Source: an uncultured Coriobacteriia bacterium
GTDB taxonomy: Bacteria; Actinomycetota; Coriobacteriia; Anaerosomatales; PHET01
Reading direction: 5' to 3'
DNA: 64,000 nucleotides
NCBI GenBank assembly: GCA_942493275.1
Contig: OW818687.1
Location: 1,519,522 to 1,583,521 of the forward strand
The position numbers were made by a program, and so were the translations under genes. Each line of letters begins with the position of its first letter. Position 1 is the stretch's first letter. Positions 17,179-28,201 of this stretch are shown here, in pieces. The notes beneath the pieces are model-generated. The model was not told where the DNA came from, did not search any database, and saw nothing but the letters and a program-made list of their open reading frames with translations.

Positions 17179-18846
17179 ATGACTTCTGGACCCCGCCCCG
17201 TACACGCACCGCGCGGCACCGAGCTCTCGGCCCTGAGCTGGCAGACCGAGGCACCGCTGCGGATGCTCATGAACAACCTCGACCCCGACGTTGCCGAGCG
17301 ACCCGACGACCTCGTGGTCTACGGCGGCACCGGCCGGGCGGCCCGCTCGTGGGAGGCGTTCGACGCGCTCGTCCGCACGCTGCGCACCCTCAAGGCCGAC
17401 GAGACGATGCTCGTGCAAAGCGGCAAGCCGGTCGGCGTCATGCGCACGCACGAGTGGGCACCGCGGGTGCTGATCGCCAACAGCAATCTCGTCCCCGACT
17501 GGGCCGCCTGGCCCGAGTTCCGCCGCCTCGAGCATCTCGGCCTGACCATGTACGGGCAGATGACGGCAGGCAGCTGGATCTACATCGGCACGCAGGGCAT
17601 CGTCCAGGGCACCTACGAGACCTTCGCCGCGATTGCCGAGAAGCGCTTCGGCGGCACGCTGGCCGGCACCCTCACAGTCACCGGAGGCTGCGGCGGCATG
17701 GGTGGCGCGCAGCCGCTCGCGGTCACTATGAACGGCGGCGCGGTACTCATCGTCGACGTCGACAGCTCCCGGCTCGAGCGGCGCGTACGCGAGCGCTACC
17801 TCGACGAGTGGACGAGCAACCTCGACGACGCCGTTGCCCGCGTGCTGGCCGCGAAGCGCGAGCGCAGGCCGCTGTCGGTGGGGCTCGAGGGCAACTGCGC
17901 CTACGTGCTGCCGGAGCTGCTGCGCCGCGGCATCGAGGTCGATATCGTCACCGATCAGACCTCGGCCCACGACCCGCTCTCGTACCTGCCGCTCGCGGTG
18001 CCCTTCGAGGAGTGGCACGCGTTCGCCGAACGCGACCCGGAGGGCTTCACCGAGGCCGCTCGCGAGTCCATGGCCCGGCACGTCGAGGCGATGGTGGGCT
18101 TCATGGACGGCGGCGCCGAGGTCTTCGACTACGGCAACTCGATTCGAGCCGAGGCAGAGCTCGGCGGCTTCGACCGCGCATGGGCGTTTCCCGGCTTCGT
18201 GCCCGCCTACATCCGACCGCTGTTCTGCGAGGGCAAGGGGCCGTTCCGGTGGGCCGCGCTCTCGGGCGACCCGGCCGACATCGCCGCCACGGATCGCGCG
18301 GTGCTCGAGCTCTTCCCGGACAACGAGCCGCTCCACCGCTGGATCAGCCAGGCTTCCGAGAAGATCGCGTTCCAGGGACTACCGGCGCGCATCTGCTGGC
18401 TCGGCTACGGCGAGCGCGACAAGGCGGGCGCCCGCTTCAACGAGATGGTCGCGAGCGGCGAGCTCTCGGCCCCCATCGTCATCGGCCGAGACCACCTCGA
18501 CTGCGGGTCGGTCGCGAGCCCGTATCGCGAGACCGAGGCGATGCTCGACGGCTCCGACGCGATCGCTGACTGGCCGCTCCTGAACGCGCTCGTCAACACC
18601 GCGTCCGGCGCCACGTGGGTGAGCATCCACCACGGGGGCGGGGTTGGCATCGGGCGCTCGATCCACTCGGGCCAGGTCACCGTCGCCGATGGCACTCCGC
18701 TCGCCGCCGAGAAGATCTCGCGCGTGCTGACCAACGACCCCGGCATGGGTGTAGTCCGGCACGTGGACGCGGGCTACGACCGCGCTGTCGAGGTCGCCGA
18801 GGAGCGCGACGTTCGGATCCCGATGCGCGAGAACGGCCCGGCATGA
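17179..18846 (+). CDS. hutU: Urocanate hydratase
   Basis: Full-length 555 aa. Motifs include [24 protein letters not shown] and [13 protein letters not shown]. Confidence 0.95.
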   Translation: MTSGPRPVHAPRGTELSALSWQTEAPLRMLMNNLDPDVAERPDDLVVYGGTGRAARSWEAFDALVRTLRTLKADETMLVQSGKPVGVMRTHEWAPRVLIANSNLVPDWAAWPEFRRLEHLGLTMYGQMTAGSWIYIGTQGIVQGTYETFAAIAEKRFGGTLAGTLTVTGGCGGMGGAQPLAVTMNGGAVLIVDVDSSRLERRVRERYLDEWTSNLDDAVARVLAAKRERRPLSVGLEGNCAYVLPELLRRGIEVDIVTDQTSAHDPLSYLPLAVPFEEWHAFAERDPEGFTEAARESMARHVEAMVGFMDGGAEVFDYGNSIRAEAELGGFDRAWAFPGFVPAYIRPLFCEGKGPFRWAALSGDPADIAATDRAVLELFPDNEPLHRWISQASEKIAFQGLPARICWLGYGERDKAGARFNEMVASGELSAPIVIGRDHLDCGSVASPYRETEAMLDGSDAIADWPLLNALVNTASGATWVSIHHGGGVGIGRSIHSGQVTVADGTPLAAEKISRVLTNDPGMGVVRHVDAGYDRAVEVAEERDVRIPMRENGPA

Positions 18847-20018
18847 GCGCGACGCTCTTCGACAACATCGGCGAGCTCGTCACCTGCGACGCGCGCCTGG
18901 GCGACGAGTCGCCGCTCGGCGTGATCCGCAACGCCGCCCTCATCGCTGAGGACGACCGCATCGCCTGGGTCGGTACCTCCGCCCAGGCGCCGGCTGCGGA
19001 CGCGCGCGTCGACCTCGGCGAGCGGGCCGTGGTCCCGGGCTTCGTCGACTCGCACACGCACCTCGTGTTCGCGGGCGAGCGCTCCGCCGAGTTCGCTGCG
19101 CGGATGGCGGGCGAGCCCTACACCGGCGGCGGCATCGCCACGACCGTCGCGGCCACGAGGGCCGCTGGCGACGACGCCCTGCGCGCGTCCGCGGCCGTAC
19201 GACTCGCCGAGATGCGCGCGTTTGGTACCACCACTGTGGAGGCAAAGAGCGGCTACGGGCTCGACGTCGACAACGAGGCGCGACTGCTGCGCATCAGCTC
19301 CGAATTCACGTCCGAGACCACCTTCCTCGGCGCGCATGTCGTCCCACACGAGTTCGCCGAGAACCGCTCGGGCTACGTCCAGCTCGTGTGCGGCCCGATG
19401 CTTGAAGCCTGTGCGCCGTTCGCACGCTGGATCGACGTCTTCTGCGACCAGGGCGCCTTCACCGCCGAGGAGACGCGCGCGGTCCTTGCAGCCGGCGTCG
19501 CAGCCGGCCTGCTCCCGCGCGTGCACGGCAACCAGCTCGCGTACGGGGCCGGGGCGCAGATTGCTGCCGAGTTCGGCGCCGCGAGCGTGGACCACTGCAC
19601 GTTCCTCTCGGACAGCGACGTGGCTGCGCTGCATGACGCTGGAGTCGTCGCCACGCTCCTGCCCGGTGCCGAGTTCTCCACCCGCTCGCCGTACCCGGAC
19701 GCGCGGCGTCTGCTTGATGCCGGTGTCACCGTCGCGCTCGCGACCGACTGCAACCCCGGTAGCAGCTACGTGACCTCGATGGCGTTCGTGATCGCGCTCG
19801 CCGTGCGCGAGATGCGCATGACGCCTGCCGAGGCGCTGCTGGCGGCGACGGTCGGGGGAGCGGCCGCGCTGCGGCGTGACGACATCGGTCGGCTCGCGCC
19901 CGGCTCCCGCGCCGACTTCTCGGTTCTCGACGCGCCGAGCCACCTTCACCTGGCGTACCGGCCAGGGTCGCGGGTTGTTGCGGAGACGGGGATCGGCGGG
20001 TGCAAGTGCGTGGGGTGA
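18843..20018 (+). CDS. hutI: Imidazolonepropionase
   Basis: [16 protein letters not shown]..., [16 protein letters not shown] and [14 protein letters not shown] 18843 overlaps the hutU stop as ATGA, so the track start 18615 is rejected. Confidence 0.9.
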   Translation: MSATLFDNIGELVTCDARLGDESPLGVIRNAALIAEDDRIAWVGTSAQAPAADARVDLGERAVVPGFVDSHTHLVFAGERSAEFAARMAGEPYTGGGIATTVAATRAAGDDALRASAAVRLAEMRAFGTTTVEAKSGYGLDVDNEARLLRISSEFTSETTFLGAHVVPHEFAENRSGYVQLVCGPMLEACAPFARWIDVFCDQGAFTAEETRAVLAAGVAAGLLPRVHGNQLAYGAGAQIAAEFGAASVDHCTFLSDSDVAALHDAGVVATLLPGAEFSTRSPYPDARRLLDAGVTVALATDCNPGSSYVTSMAFVIALAVREMRMTPAEALLAATVGGAAALRRDDIGRLAPGSRADFSVLDAPSHLHLAYRPGSRVVAETGIGGCKCVG

Positions 20019-20129
20019 TGCGACGGCCCCTGGATTCGGCAGCCTGCGGGCTAGCGTGCGAGCGGCCTCGCAAGGTGCAGGAACAACCGTCCGCCGTCCG
20101 CGGCTCTGCGCTTTTCGCTGCCGCGCTGT

Positions 20130-21260
20130 TCAGAAGCCTGCTGCATCGGATGTGTCCCTTCTTTGCTCGGATACGTGCTGTGCAAGATCAGCGGCCAACG
20201 CACAGAGGGACTCGGCGACCGCGCTCAGATCTAGGACGTGGTCGACGCAGCCCTGTTCGATGGCGGCCTTGGGCATTCCCCACACGATTGCGGTGCGCTG
20301 TGATTCAGCGATCGTGATACCGCCCGCGTCCTTCACGAGGCGCATTCCATCGGCTCCGTCCGCCCCCATGCCCGTCAACAGGACTGCCAGGGTACCTGCG
20401 CCGTAGACGGCGGCCGCATCAGACATCGTCACATCCACCGAGGGCATGTGTACCGTGTCCGGCGGACGGCGATCTAGTCTGACGATTCGGGTGCCGTCAC
20501 CCGTCTGCACGACGTGCATCTGCTCGCCCGCACGCGCCACGAGTACTCGGCCGGGGCGGATCACGTCACCGTCTGCGGCTTCCTTCACTGCGAGTTCGCT
20601 GAGGCCGTTGAGCCGCCTCGCGAGTTCGGTGGTGAACCTTCTCGGCATGTGCTGTACGACAAGGATAGGCAGAGGAAAGTCACCCGGAAGCGATGACAAG
20701 ATGCTCGCCAGCGCAGGCGGCCCACCGGTGGAACAGCCGATAACCACAAGGGAGTCGCCTTGGGACGGACACGACCCTGAATGATGGGGCTTGGGTGGGG
20801 CCGCGTGCGGCCGCTCCGCCGCACGCGAGGCGAAGTGGGAGGGGTCGACGCCGGCCGCGATGCGGACCTTGTCCAGAAGCTCCTCGCCAATCGCTGGGAT
20901 GTTCATGTTGGGGTAGAGCGTGGGTTTGGCAACGACATCGATCGCGCCGATGCTGAGTGCCTCGACCGACTCATGTGCATTCGAGGTGGTGAGCGCACTC
21001 ACCATGACGACCGGCAGTGGTGACTCCGACATGATCCGCCGCAGCGTCTCGAGACCGTCAGCACCCGGCATCAGCACGTCGAGAGTGATTACGTCGGGGC
21101 GGTGGAGCGCCACGGCTGCGAGTGCTTCTTCGGATGAGGCCGCGCTCGCCACCACCTGGATGTCGGGAGCGGCATTGAGGATGCGTGTGAGAGCTTTGCG
21201 GACGAATGGCGAGTCATCGACCACCAGCACCCTGATGACGAGGTCGGCAGTCGCATTCAT
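20130..21260 (-). CDS. cheB: Chemotaxis response-regulator protein-glutamate methylesterase
   Basis: Receiver motif is VLVVDDSPFVRKAL..ITLDVLMPGADG. The methylesterase domain shows IGCSTGGPPAL and VLLTGMGADG. ATG 21260 overlaps the cheR stop. The track start 21500 is an Arg-rich extension. Confidence 0.9.
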   Translation of the reverse strand: MNATADLVIRVLVVDDSPFVRKALTRILNAAPDIQVVASAASSEEALAAVALHRPDVITLDVLMPGADGLETLRRIMSESPLPVVMVSALTTSNAHESVEALSIGAIDVVAKPTLYPNMNIPAIGEELLDKVRIAAGVDPSHFASRAAERPHAAPPKPHHSGSCPSQGDSLVVIGCSTGGPPALASILSSLPGDFPLPILVVQHMPRRFTTELARRLNGLSELAVKEAADGDVIRPGRVLVARAGEQMHVVQTGDGTRIVRLDRRPPDTVHMPSVDVTMSDAAAVYGAGTLAVLLTGMGADGADGMRLVKDAGGITIAESQRTAIVWGMPKAAIEQGCVDHVLDLSAVAESLCALAADLAQHVSEQRRDTSDAAGF

Positions 21261-22114
21261 GCACGCCTCGCGGCTGCCACATATCCGGCTACGGGAGAAT
21301 CCGCGCATGCCGGCACTACCCCTGGGGCTTGGTAGGCCAGACATCCACCAGGCCGTACGACGCGCATGTCGTCTCGGATGCCGAACAGCGACTCCGAGTG
21401 ACCGAGAAACAGGAGTCCTCCGGGTGCCATGCGCCGAATGAGGTTGTCGATAACCACGCGCTTGTGCGCTGCATCGAAGTAGATGAGCGCGTTTCGACAC
21501 ATCACAACGTCGAAGCCGCCGCCAGCGGCTGCTTCAGGGCTTTCGAGCAGGTTCGCCCGCTCGAAACGCACGGCATCTCGATAGCGTGACGCGAGGCGCA
21601 GTGCCGAACCCTCAGGGCTGAAGTGCGTGTCGAGGTACCGTCCCTCGACGCCGCGGAATGAATGCTGCCCGTACACTCCTCGCCTTGCCCGATCGAGCGC
21701 CCTGGAGCTGATGTCGATGCCGGTGATGTCGCACCGATCGAGCACTCTACGGTCATCGAGGACCATCGCAAGCGAGTACGGCTCCTCGCCGCTCGAGCAC
21801 GCCGCGCACAGAATTCGCAGATGCTCCCGCGACTCGGCCAGGTCCGCGATGGCGTCGAAATGCGCAAGCTCTCTGAAGAAATAGGTCTCATTGTTCACGA
21901 CCGCGTCTATCAATCCTTGTGCGAGCAGCCCGCCTTCGTACTTCACGCGCTGGTAATAGTCGAAGAACGTCTCGCACTCCGTCTCGGCTAATTGGGGCGC
22001 CAGGCGGCCCGCGAGCAGGAAGGTGCGCTCGCGGTCAAATGTCATGCCCACGAGGCTACGGACCAGCTCGGCAAGTAGCCGTCCTTCTGTCTCCGACATT
22101 TCCGGTCGTCGCAT
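21257..22114 (-). CDS. cheR: Chemotaxis protein methyltransferase (paralog 1)
   Basis: ETYFFRELAHFD, CAACSSGEEPYSLAM and VVMCRNALIYFD. ATG 22114 overlaps the upstream stop by 1 nt; ATG 22099 is an alternative start. Confidence 0.85.
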   Translation of the reverse strand: MRRPEMSETEGRLLAELVRSLVGMTFDRERTFLLAGRLAPQLAETECETFFDYYQRVKYEGGLLAQGLIDAVVNNETYFFRELAHFDAIADLAESREHLRILCAACSSGEEPYSLAMVLDDRRVLDRCDITGIDISSRALDRARRGVYGQHSFRGVEGRYLDTHFSPEGSALRLASRYRDAVRFERANLLESPEAAAGGGFDVVMCRNALIYFDAAHKRVVIDNLIRRMAPGGLLFLGHSESLFGIRDDMRVVRPGGCLAYQAPGVVPACADSPVAGYVAAARRA

Positions 22115-24318
22115 CACGCGTGAGCGCCGTTCGTGCCTAGCGCGAACTCCATCGGGAAGCGGATGCCCGGGTCGGCGTCCAGTGTGATGGCCGTGATGAT
22201 CTCGGCCGCCTCGGGCGTGTGGCAAGCGCACAGCGCCAGTGCCGAGAGGAGCGCATTGTGGGCGCGGCCTGCTCTGATATCGCACTCCAGGATCGAGTAG
22301 CCCGCCGGGCCGAGAGTGGCAAGCGCAGCGCGGGCATCGCCGCCGACCTCCGGGTCAGTCAACAGTTGTTCCAGGCCAGCCAGAGTCTCGCTTGAGCAGC
22401 CGGGTTCAACGCCGCGTGTGGCGGCCCGTCGTACCGTGGGATCGACATCGCAAAGTGCCTCGGCGACAACGACGTGCATGTCCGAGGGGGAGACGGATGC
22501 CACAAGCTCGACCGCAGCCGCGCGCACGTTCCAAGCCGAGTCCCCGAGCGCCGGCAGCAGGTACGTGCAGGCCTCGCGGCTCATCGCGGTACGGGCGCAC
22601 GCGCGGACGACGGCTTCCCTCACTTCGCTGAACTCGGATGCCGCAAGTCGCGCGAGTTGTCGGTTCAACCTGTCGTGCACCGGGCCGTCCAGTACACGCA
22701 GCGCGGCCACGACCACGCGCGGGTCCTCGTCGCCGAGCAGGTAGGCGACCAGGAAGTCCCCGCTGTGGGAGTGATCGTACGCGTGCCGGGCGACAGCGGA
22801 GCGCACGAGCGCACTCTCATCTTCGGCCCACGTCGCGACAACGTCGAGCTCCGGCTGCTGAGTCGTCAGTGCAAGATCGACAGCGGCAGCACGCACAGCA
22901 GCATCAGGGTCGCAGAGAAGCGACTCGGTCACCGTGTGGGTTGCGAGCGCCGGTGTCGCTCGGAGCGCGCGCGCCACGGCTGCGCGAACCTGCGCAGACT
23001 CGTCGCGCGCACACGCTTCGGCCAGCCGCATCGCGCACGGTGAGGGGCTGCACGCAGCGAGCGCACGGGCGGCCGACACGCGCGTCGCGCGGTCGCCCGT
23101 GCGGATCAGCGTCTCAAGCCAGCCGCAGTCCTCGATGCCGTGATCGAGCAGCCAGTCGAGGGCGGTCGCTCTGACGCCGGCGTCCGGATCGGTCAGGCAG
23201 CCGATGACGCCGGTCACTGCCGTGTCGGCTGAGAGCACACCGGCGAGCGCCAGGCCACGCACCCCTGCGTCAGTGTCATCGATGAGCCCGAGAAGCAGGG
23301 AGCCCTGCAGCGGGCGCCGGCACGCTTCGTGTGCCGCGAGGAGCCTTCGGGTTACCACCGGGGAATGCGCGGCGTGGAGGATCACCGACTCCTCGGCCGG
23401 AGGGGTGCAGGCAAGGACCTCGGCTGCGAGGTCGTACAATCCGGGCTCGTCGGCGACATCGAACAGTATCTCGGCGAAGCGCGCATCGTGAAGGTGGCTG
23501 ATCACGGTGAGTGCCGTTCGGGACGACTCGCCACCGCAGCGCAGCATGTGGTGGAGCGCCGTGAAAGCGTGATCGCCGACTGGTGGCATCGGGGCCATGA
23601 GCGACCGCACGGCGCTCTCAAGTGACATGGGCGCTGAGGCGAGCAGCCGACCGACGCTGATGACGAGCGCACCGGCGGCGGCCGGACCGCAGTCTGCCAG
23701 CGCCGCGCACAGTGAAGGAAGCGCTCGCAGATCGCCTATCAGACCCAGGGCGTTGATGGCGACTCCGCCTAGGAGGTCATCGTCGACCATGGCGAGCAGC
23801 GGCTCCACGGCATCGCGCGTGCCGAATCGTCCCAGCGCCTCCGCGGCAGGCGCGGCGAGCCAGCGGTCCTCTTCCAGGGCACGCAGCAACAAGGGTGTGA
23901 CTGCGGGACCGCCGATGCGCCCGAGCGCCTCGACGATCATGTACCTGACGTTGAGGTCCTCGTCGCGATCGAAGAGATCCCGCAGGAGCGGGACGGCAGC
24001 ATCGGAGCCAGTCTGACCGATTGCCACGGCGCACAGGATGCGTACGCGCTCATCGCCGCTCACGAGACCGTCGACCAGCAAGGGGAGCGACGTGTCGGCT
24101 CTCTTGATGAGGGCCTTGAGCGCGGCATTGCGCGTGCCGGGGTCGTCGTGGGCCACAAGCGCCAGCAGCCTGGTGTCTATCTCGGTGTCGCCCAGAGACG
24201 CGATGATGGCCGTGGCGTGACGACGCCCCTGCCAATCATCGCTGCTGAGCTCGGCTAGGAGCGTTTCAGGGCACGTTTCCGACCCCTTCAGCCCATCGGC
24301 GAGTGTTCCCTCAGGCAC
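22114..24318 (-). CDS. HEAT-repeat (PBS-lyase-HEAT-like) protein embedded in the che operon
   Basis: About 730 aa of recurring D..VR..A..AL(G/A)..G units, for example DERVRILCAVAIGQTG, LNVRYMIVEALGRIGG and AGVRATALDWLL. I place the start at GTG 24318 (AAGGGGGA 7 nt upstream), overlapping the cheR-like stop by 8 nt. ATG 24336 is possible. Confidence 0.8.
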   Translation of the reverse strand: MPEGTLADGLKGSETCPETLLAELSSDDWQGRRHATAIIASLGDTEIDTRLLALVAHDDPGTRNAALKALIKRADTSLPLLVDGLVSGDERVRILCAVAIGQTGSDAAVPLLRDLFDRDEDLNVRYMIVEALGRIGGPAVTPLLLRALEEDRWLAAPAAEALGRFGTRDAVEPLLAMVDDDLLGGVAINALGLIGDLRALPSLCAALADCGPAAAGALVISVGRLLASAPMSLESAVRSLMAPMPPVGDHAFTALHHMLRCGGESSRTALTVISHLHDARFAEILFDVADEPGLYDLAAEVLACTPPAEESVILHAAHSPVVTRRLLAAHEACRRPLQGSLLLGLIDDTDAGVRGLALAGVLSADTAVTGVIGCLTDPDAGVRATALDWLLDHGIEDCGWLETLIRTGDRATRVSAARALAACSPSPCAMRLAEACARDESAQVRAAVARALRATPALATHTVTESLLCDPDAAVRAAAVDLALTTQQPELDVVATWAEDESALVRSAVARHAYDHSHSGDFLVAYLLGDEDPRVVVAALRVLDGPVHDRLNRQLARLAASEFSEVREAVVRACARTAMSREACTYLLPALGDSAWNVRAAAVELVASVSPSDMHVVVAEALCDVDPTVRRAATRGVEPGCSSETLAGLEQLLTDPEVGGDARAALATLGPAGYSILECDIRAGRAHNALLSALALCACHTPEAAEIITAITLDADPGIRFPMEFALGTNGAHA

Positions 24319-25219
24319 AGTGCGATCCCCCTTCATCGGTGAGCGAAATTCCCCCGGGCTTGCGGTACAGGACCGCTCCCCCGAGATCGACGACTTCGAA
24401 CCTGTGCTGCATGACGTGTAGTAGCTCGGCGTCCCCCAGGAATAGCCAGCCACCCGGGCGCAGCGCCTCATAGAGCCGCTCGATCAGGGCGGGCTGAGAC
24501 GCGAGCGGGAAGTAGATCATCACGTTGCGACAGAAGATGATGTCGAGATCAGCGTCGGGCGCCGGCAGTCGAAGATTGTGCCGCTGGAAGGTAATCAACC
24601 GGCGGACGCGGTCACTCATACGCACTGTGAGTGCGTCCGCGGGCTCCGTATACGCCTCCAACGTGCGGGTCCACCCAGGTGCCACTCGCGCGATAGCGGA
24701 TTCGCTGTAGATACCGTTGGCCGCGACCTCGAGCGCATCCGCTGAGATGTCGGTAGCAAGGATGCTCACGACCCACGCGCGAGGGAACTTGAGAGCATCC
24801 AGTAGCGCCACGCCGATGGAGTACGGTTCTTCGCCCGTCGAGCACGCGGCTGACCACACCCGCAGCCGAAGTGGAGTGAGTGGCGAGCGTGAAGCTGCCC
24901 GCTGCGCCATCTCCACCTCTCGAAGCACCGGTCCGGCGAGCAGATCGAACTGCCTCGGGATTCGAAAGAAGTACGTCTCTTTCACGGTAATCGAGCCGAC
25001 CACGTCTTCGATGAGCGACTCGCGCTCAGCCTGCTGCATGCACTCAGCTGCCTCGATCAGCGAGGCGAGCCCGTCGTACCCTCGCTGACTGGCTGCCCGA
25101 TCTATTGCGCGACTGCGGACACCCGGATCGCGCAGCCCCGAAGCGCCCCCCGTGACTGCGAGAGCCAGTCGGTCGAAGCGAGTCAAGGCCTCACATCCAT
25201 CGGGCGTGCGCACTGACAC
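24311..25219 (-). CDS. CheR-type methyltransferase (paralog 2)
   Basis: ETYFFRIPRQFD, SAACSTGEEPYSIG and IIFCRNVMIYF. Confidence 0.85.
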   Translation of the reverse strand: MSVRTPDGCEALTRFDRLALAVTGGASGLRDPGVRSRAIDRAASQRGYDGLASLIEAAECMQQAERESLIEDVVGSITVKETYFFRIPRQFDLLAGPVLREVEMAQRAASRSPLTPLRLRVWSAACSTGEEPYSIGVALLDALKFPRAWVVSILATDISADALEVAANGIYSESAIARVAPGWTRTLEAYTEPADALTVRMSDRVRRLITFQRHNLRLPAPDADLDIIFCRNVMIYFPLASQPALIERLYEALRPGGWLFLGDAELLHVMQHRFEVVDLGGAVLYRKPGGISLTDEGGSHCA

Positions 25220-25241
25220 GTCTTGACGCCGTTCTATTCGG

Positions 25242-25279
25242 GGCCGGCGGACGGGACCTCAAAGTCCCGTCCGCCGGCC
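25242..25279 (-). terminator. 16-bp perfect GC hairpin between mcp and the second cheR (intra-operon attenuator/mRNA-stabiliser or partial terminator)
   Basis: GGCCGGCGGACGGGAC (25242..25257) pairs with GTCCCGTCCGCCGGCC (25264..25279) across a 6-nt loop. It starts 5 nt after the mcp stop. No U-tract follows on the transcribed strand. Confidence 0.45.
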
Positions 25280-25283
25280 GAGG

Positions 25284-27671
25284 CTAACCTTCGTTGACGA
25301 CGAATCCCTTGACGAGCTCGCGCAGCGTCTCCGACTGCGACGCCAGGTCGTTCGACGATCTGGTGAGCTCGCCGAGGGCGTCGACGTTCTGACGCGTCGT
25401 CTGCGAGATGTTCTCCATGGCGATGACCATCTGCTCGCCGCCGCGCTTCTGCTCGCCAGTCGCCGACACCACCTGCACGACCAGGTCATTGGTCCGCTCC
25501 ACGGCCTCGACTATCTGCTGGGTTCCGCTCGCCTGCTCGCGCACGGCGTTGTCCACCTGCGAGTGGAGGCTGCTCATCGATTCGACGGCCTGAAGTACCT
25601 GTCGACTGCCCTCCGACTGCTCGCGAGTGGCGTTCTGGATCTGGCGCATGACGTCCTCAACCTCTGTGAACGCCTCGACAACACCCGCCAGTGCTTCCTG
25701 CGCCTGCTCGCCAATGACGCGTGACTGAGCGGCCTCCTGTGCTCCGTTGAGCGTCGCGGTCACGGCGATCTCGGTGTCTTGCTGAATGGCCGAGATGAGC
25801 GATGCGATCTCTTTGGTCGACGAGGTGGCCCGCTCGGCGAGATCGCGCACCGCGTCAGCCACGACCGCGAATCCACGTCCGTGTTCCCCTGCACGCGCCG
25901 CCTCGATTGCGGCGTTGAGCGCGAGAAGGTTGGTCTGCTCGGCGATATCGTCGATGACCTCGGTAATCTCGCCGATCTCGCGCGACCGCTGGCCGAGTGA
26001 CTTCATGACGTCCGCGGTGTTCTCGATCGCACCTGCGATGGAGTCCATCGAATCGGCCATCGCGCCCACGGACTCCTGGCCCACCGACGCCGCGCTCATG
26101 GCCTTGCTGGTCAGATCCGACACGCCTCCGGCCCGCTCCGCGACCTGGTCGATCGACGCGGCCATCTGGTCGATCGAGGCGCTGGTCTCTTGCACGGCGC
26201 CACTCAGGCCGTCCATGTTACGGGCGACCTCTTCGATGGAGGCAGCCATCTGGGAGATGGTTGCGCTGGTCTCGTTGGCGGCGCCCCCGAGCTGCTCGGC
26301 GTTGGATGCGACCTGGTCGATCGAAGCGGCCATCTGCTCAATCGAGGAGCTCGTCTCGTCTGTGGCAGCGCTCTGCGCTTCAGCCCCGACGTTCATCTGC
26401 CTTGTGGTGACCGAGATCTCCTCGGCGGCCACGGCGAGTTCGTTGGCCGCCTCGGTGACGGCGCGCGCGACCGCGTTCAGGTTATCGAGGTTGGCCTTCT
26501 CGACCCTGATGTCTCGGATGATCTCGAGTCCGCCGATGGTCTCGCCGTTCGCGTTATAGATGGGTGCCGCGCTTGCAAGAATCGGAATCTCCTCGCCCTG
26601 CCGGTTCTTGATGGCGACTTCCGCCCCCCGAATCGCCGTGCCCGACGACATGCACGACTTGATGGCGCATCCGTTCTCGCAGATATTCGCGTTGAAGATG
26701 TCTCTGCACTGACGACCCATGGCTTCGTCCACGCTGAAGCCGGTGAGCCGTGCCGCCGCTTCGTTGAAGTACGTGATCCGGCGATCTTGGTCGGCTACGA
26801 AGAACGGGTCCGAGATGCCCTGCATGATCGAGTCGGACCGCTCCTGCTGGTCCTGGATGTCGCGAATCCGGGCGCCGATGTCGTCGGCCATCTTGTTGAG
26901 CGAGGCGCCGAGTGCCCCGATCTCGTCGCGGGACTTGATGTCGAGTCGCTGCGTGAGGTCGCCTGTTGAGATCGCCTCAGCGAACGCGGTCGCGCGAACG
27001 AGGGGACGGGTGATGGACAGCGAGAGCAGGATGCCGAGCCCGAGCGCTGAGACGACGCCGATGACAAGCACCACCACCAGCGCCGTGGTTGACTGAGCCG
27101 CCTGCTCGTCGGCTGCCTCCGCACTCTGAGCCGCCGCAACCGTGTTGATATCCACGACCTTCGAGAGCGCAGCATGCGCTGCACGCTCCGCGTCGCGCTC
27201 GGAGCTGACGTTGTGGTTGTACGCCGCGGTGAGGTGGGCCTGCTTGCCGCTGGCCATATAGACTCGGTAGAGCCTGATGAACTCCTCGTGCTCAGCCTTC
27301 CATGCGCCGCCGAGCGGCTCGTACTCCTGCCAGGCGACCTCCTCTTCGTCGGTCTGAGGGAGAGGCAGGTAGGTGCGCTGGGCCGCTTCGAACTCGGTCC
27401 ACAGCGCCTCGGTCTTTGCCAGGAGCTCCGTGGTCTCAGCGGCGTTCGTCGACAGGAGCATCGCGCGCTCCTGCGCTTTGATGTCAGCCTGAACCATGCC
27501 CATCTGCTGCAAGGCGACGATCGACGGAAGCCGGACGGCCGAGATGTCCTCCTCCATCGCCTCGACCTGCTTGACTCCCACGTAGCCGACCGCTCCGATC
27601 ACCGCGGCGATCACCGCAACGCTCAAGAAGCCCGCAATCAGTTTCGCTCCCACCGTGAGACGCAACTTCAC
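25284..27671 (-). CDS. Methyl-accepting chemotaxis protein (TM - helical sensor - TM - HAMP - PAS - MCP signalling domain)
   Basis: The signalling hairpin reads [35 protein letters not shown]. There are two TM segments. The PAS region reads [23 protein letters not shown]. Confidence 0.9.
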   Translation of the reverse strand: MKLRLTVGAKLIAGFLSVAVIAAVIGAVGYVGVKQVEAMEEDISAVRLPSIVALQQMGMVQADIKAQERAMLLSTNAAETTELLAKTEALWTEFEAAQRTYLPLPQTDEEEVAWQEYEPLGGAWKAEHEEFIRLYRVYMASGKQAHLTAAYNHNVSSERDAERAAHAALSKVVDINTVAAAQSAEAADEQAAQSTTALVVVLVIGVVSALGLGILLSLSITRPLVRATAFAEAISTGDLTQRLDIKSRDEIGALGASLNKMADDIGARIRDIQDQQERSDSIMQGISDPFFVADQDRRITYFNEAAARLTGFSVDEAMGRQCRDIFNANICENGCAIKSCMSSGTAIRGAEVAIKNRQGEEIPILASAAPIYNANGETIGGLEIIRDIRVEKANLDNLNAVARAVTEAANELAVAAEEISVTTRQMNVGAEAQSAATDETSSSIEQMAASIDQVASNAEQLGGAANETSATISQMAASIEEVARNMDGLSGAVQETSASIDQMAASIDQVAERAGGVSDLTSKAMSAASVGQESVGAMADSMDSIAGAIENTADVMKSLGQRSREIGEITEVIDDIAEQTNLLALNAAIEAARAGEHGRGFAVVADAVRDLAERATSSTKEIASLISAIQQDTEIAVTATLNGAQEAAQSRVIGEQAQEALAGVVEAFTEVEDVMRQIQNATREQSEGSRQVLQAVESMSSLHSQVDNAVREQASGTQQIVEAVERTNDLVVQVVSATGEQKRGGEQMVIAMENISQTTRQNVDALGELTRSSNDLASQSETLRELVKGFVVNEG
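26120..26375 (-). repeat. Three tandem 84-bp (28-aa, four-heptad) coding repeats in the MCP coiled coil
   Basis: GCCATCTG recurs at 26161, 26245 and 26329, exactly 84 bp apart. The peptides are [56 protein letters not shown] and [28 protein letters not shown]. Confidence 0.8.
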
Positions 27672-28201
27672 TGCGCCACCTCCACTTCTGCTGTGCCGGC
27701 GGCGCCGGCGAGATTGCCCATTGACTCGTGCTCCGCTGAACTGAACATTTCGCGGATATCAAGTGCGACGATCATGCGTTCATCGACGCGAGTGATGCCC
27801 TGGATGAAGTCGCTGTCGACGGTGGTTACCAGGTCGGGGAGCGTCTCGATCGACGAACTGGGCACCCGGACCACTTCGACCACTGCGTCCACGATCGTGC
27901 CGACGGTGCGATCGCCCGCATTCAGCACGACAATCCGACTGGTCCGCCCCTTGTCCTGTGCCGGCAGACCGAACCGGGTGCGCAGGTCCACGACCGCGAT
28001 CATTCGTCCCCTGAGGTTGATCACGCCGAGTACGAAACGGGGAGCGTTAGGAATCTCCGTGATGCGCACGTTGCGCATCCGGATGATCTCTTGCACGTCC
28101 ACGATCCTGAAGCCGTACTCCTCGTCAGCCAGCATGAAGGTGACGAGTTGGATGGTCTCATCGCTCTCAGCCTGTGCGACAGGCGTCCCTGCTGCTGCCA
28201 T
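27668..28201 (-). CDS. cheW: Chemotaxis coupling protein
   Basis: [45 protein letters not shown] 28201 follows AAGGAG, so the track start 28264 is rejected. The stop overlaps the mcp start. Confidence 0.9.
   Translation of the reverse strand: MAAAGTPVAQAESDETIQLVTFMLADEEYGFRIVDVQEIIRMRNVRITEIPNAPRFVLGVINLRGRMIAVVDLRTRFGLPAQDKGRTSRIVVLNAGDRTVGTIVDAVVEVVRVPSSSIETLPDLVTTVDSDFIQGITRVDERMIVALDIREMFSSAEHESMGNLAGAAGTAEVEVAQ

Noticed and set aside
16684-18569. 550-aa minus ORF (16684..18336) and 406-aa plus off-frame ORF (17349..18569) over hutH/hutU.
   Set aside because: hutH and hutU are unambiguous full-length enzymes in the other frames. The alternative frames are Arg-rich nonsense.
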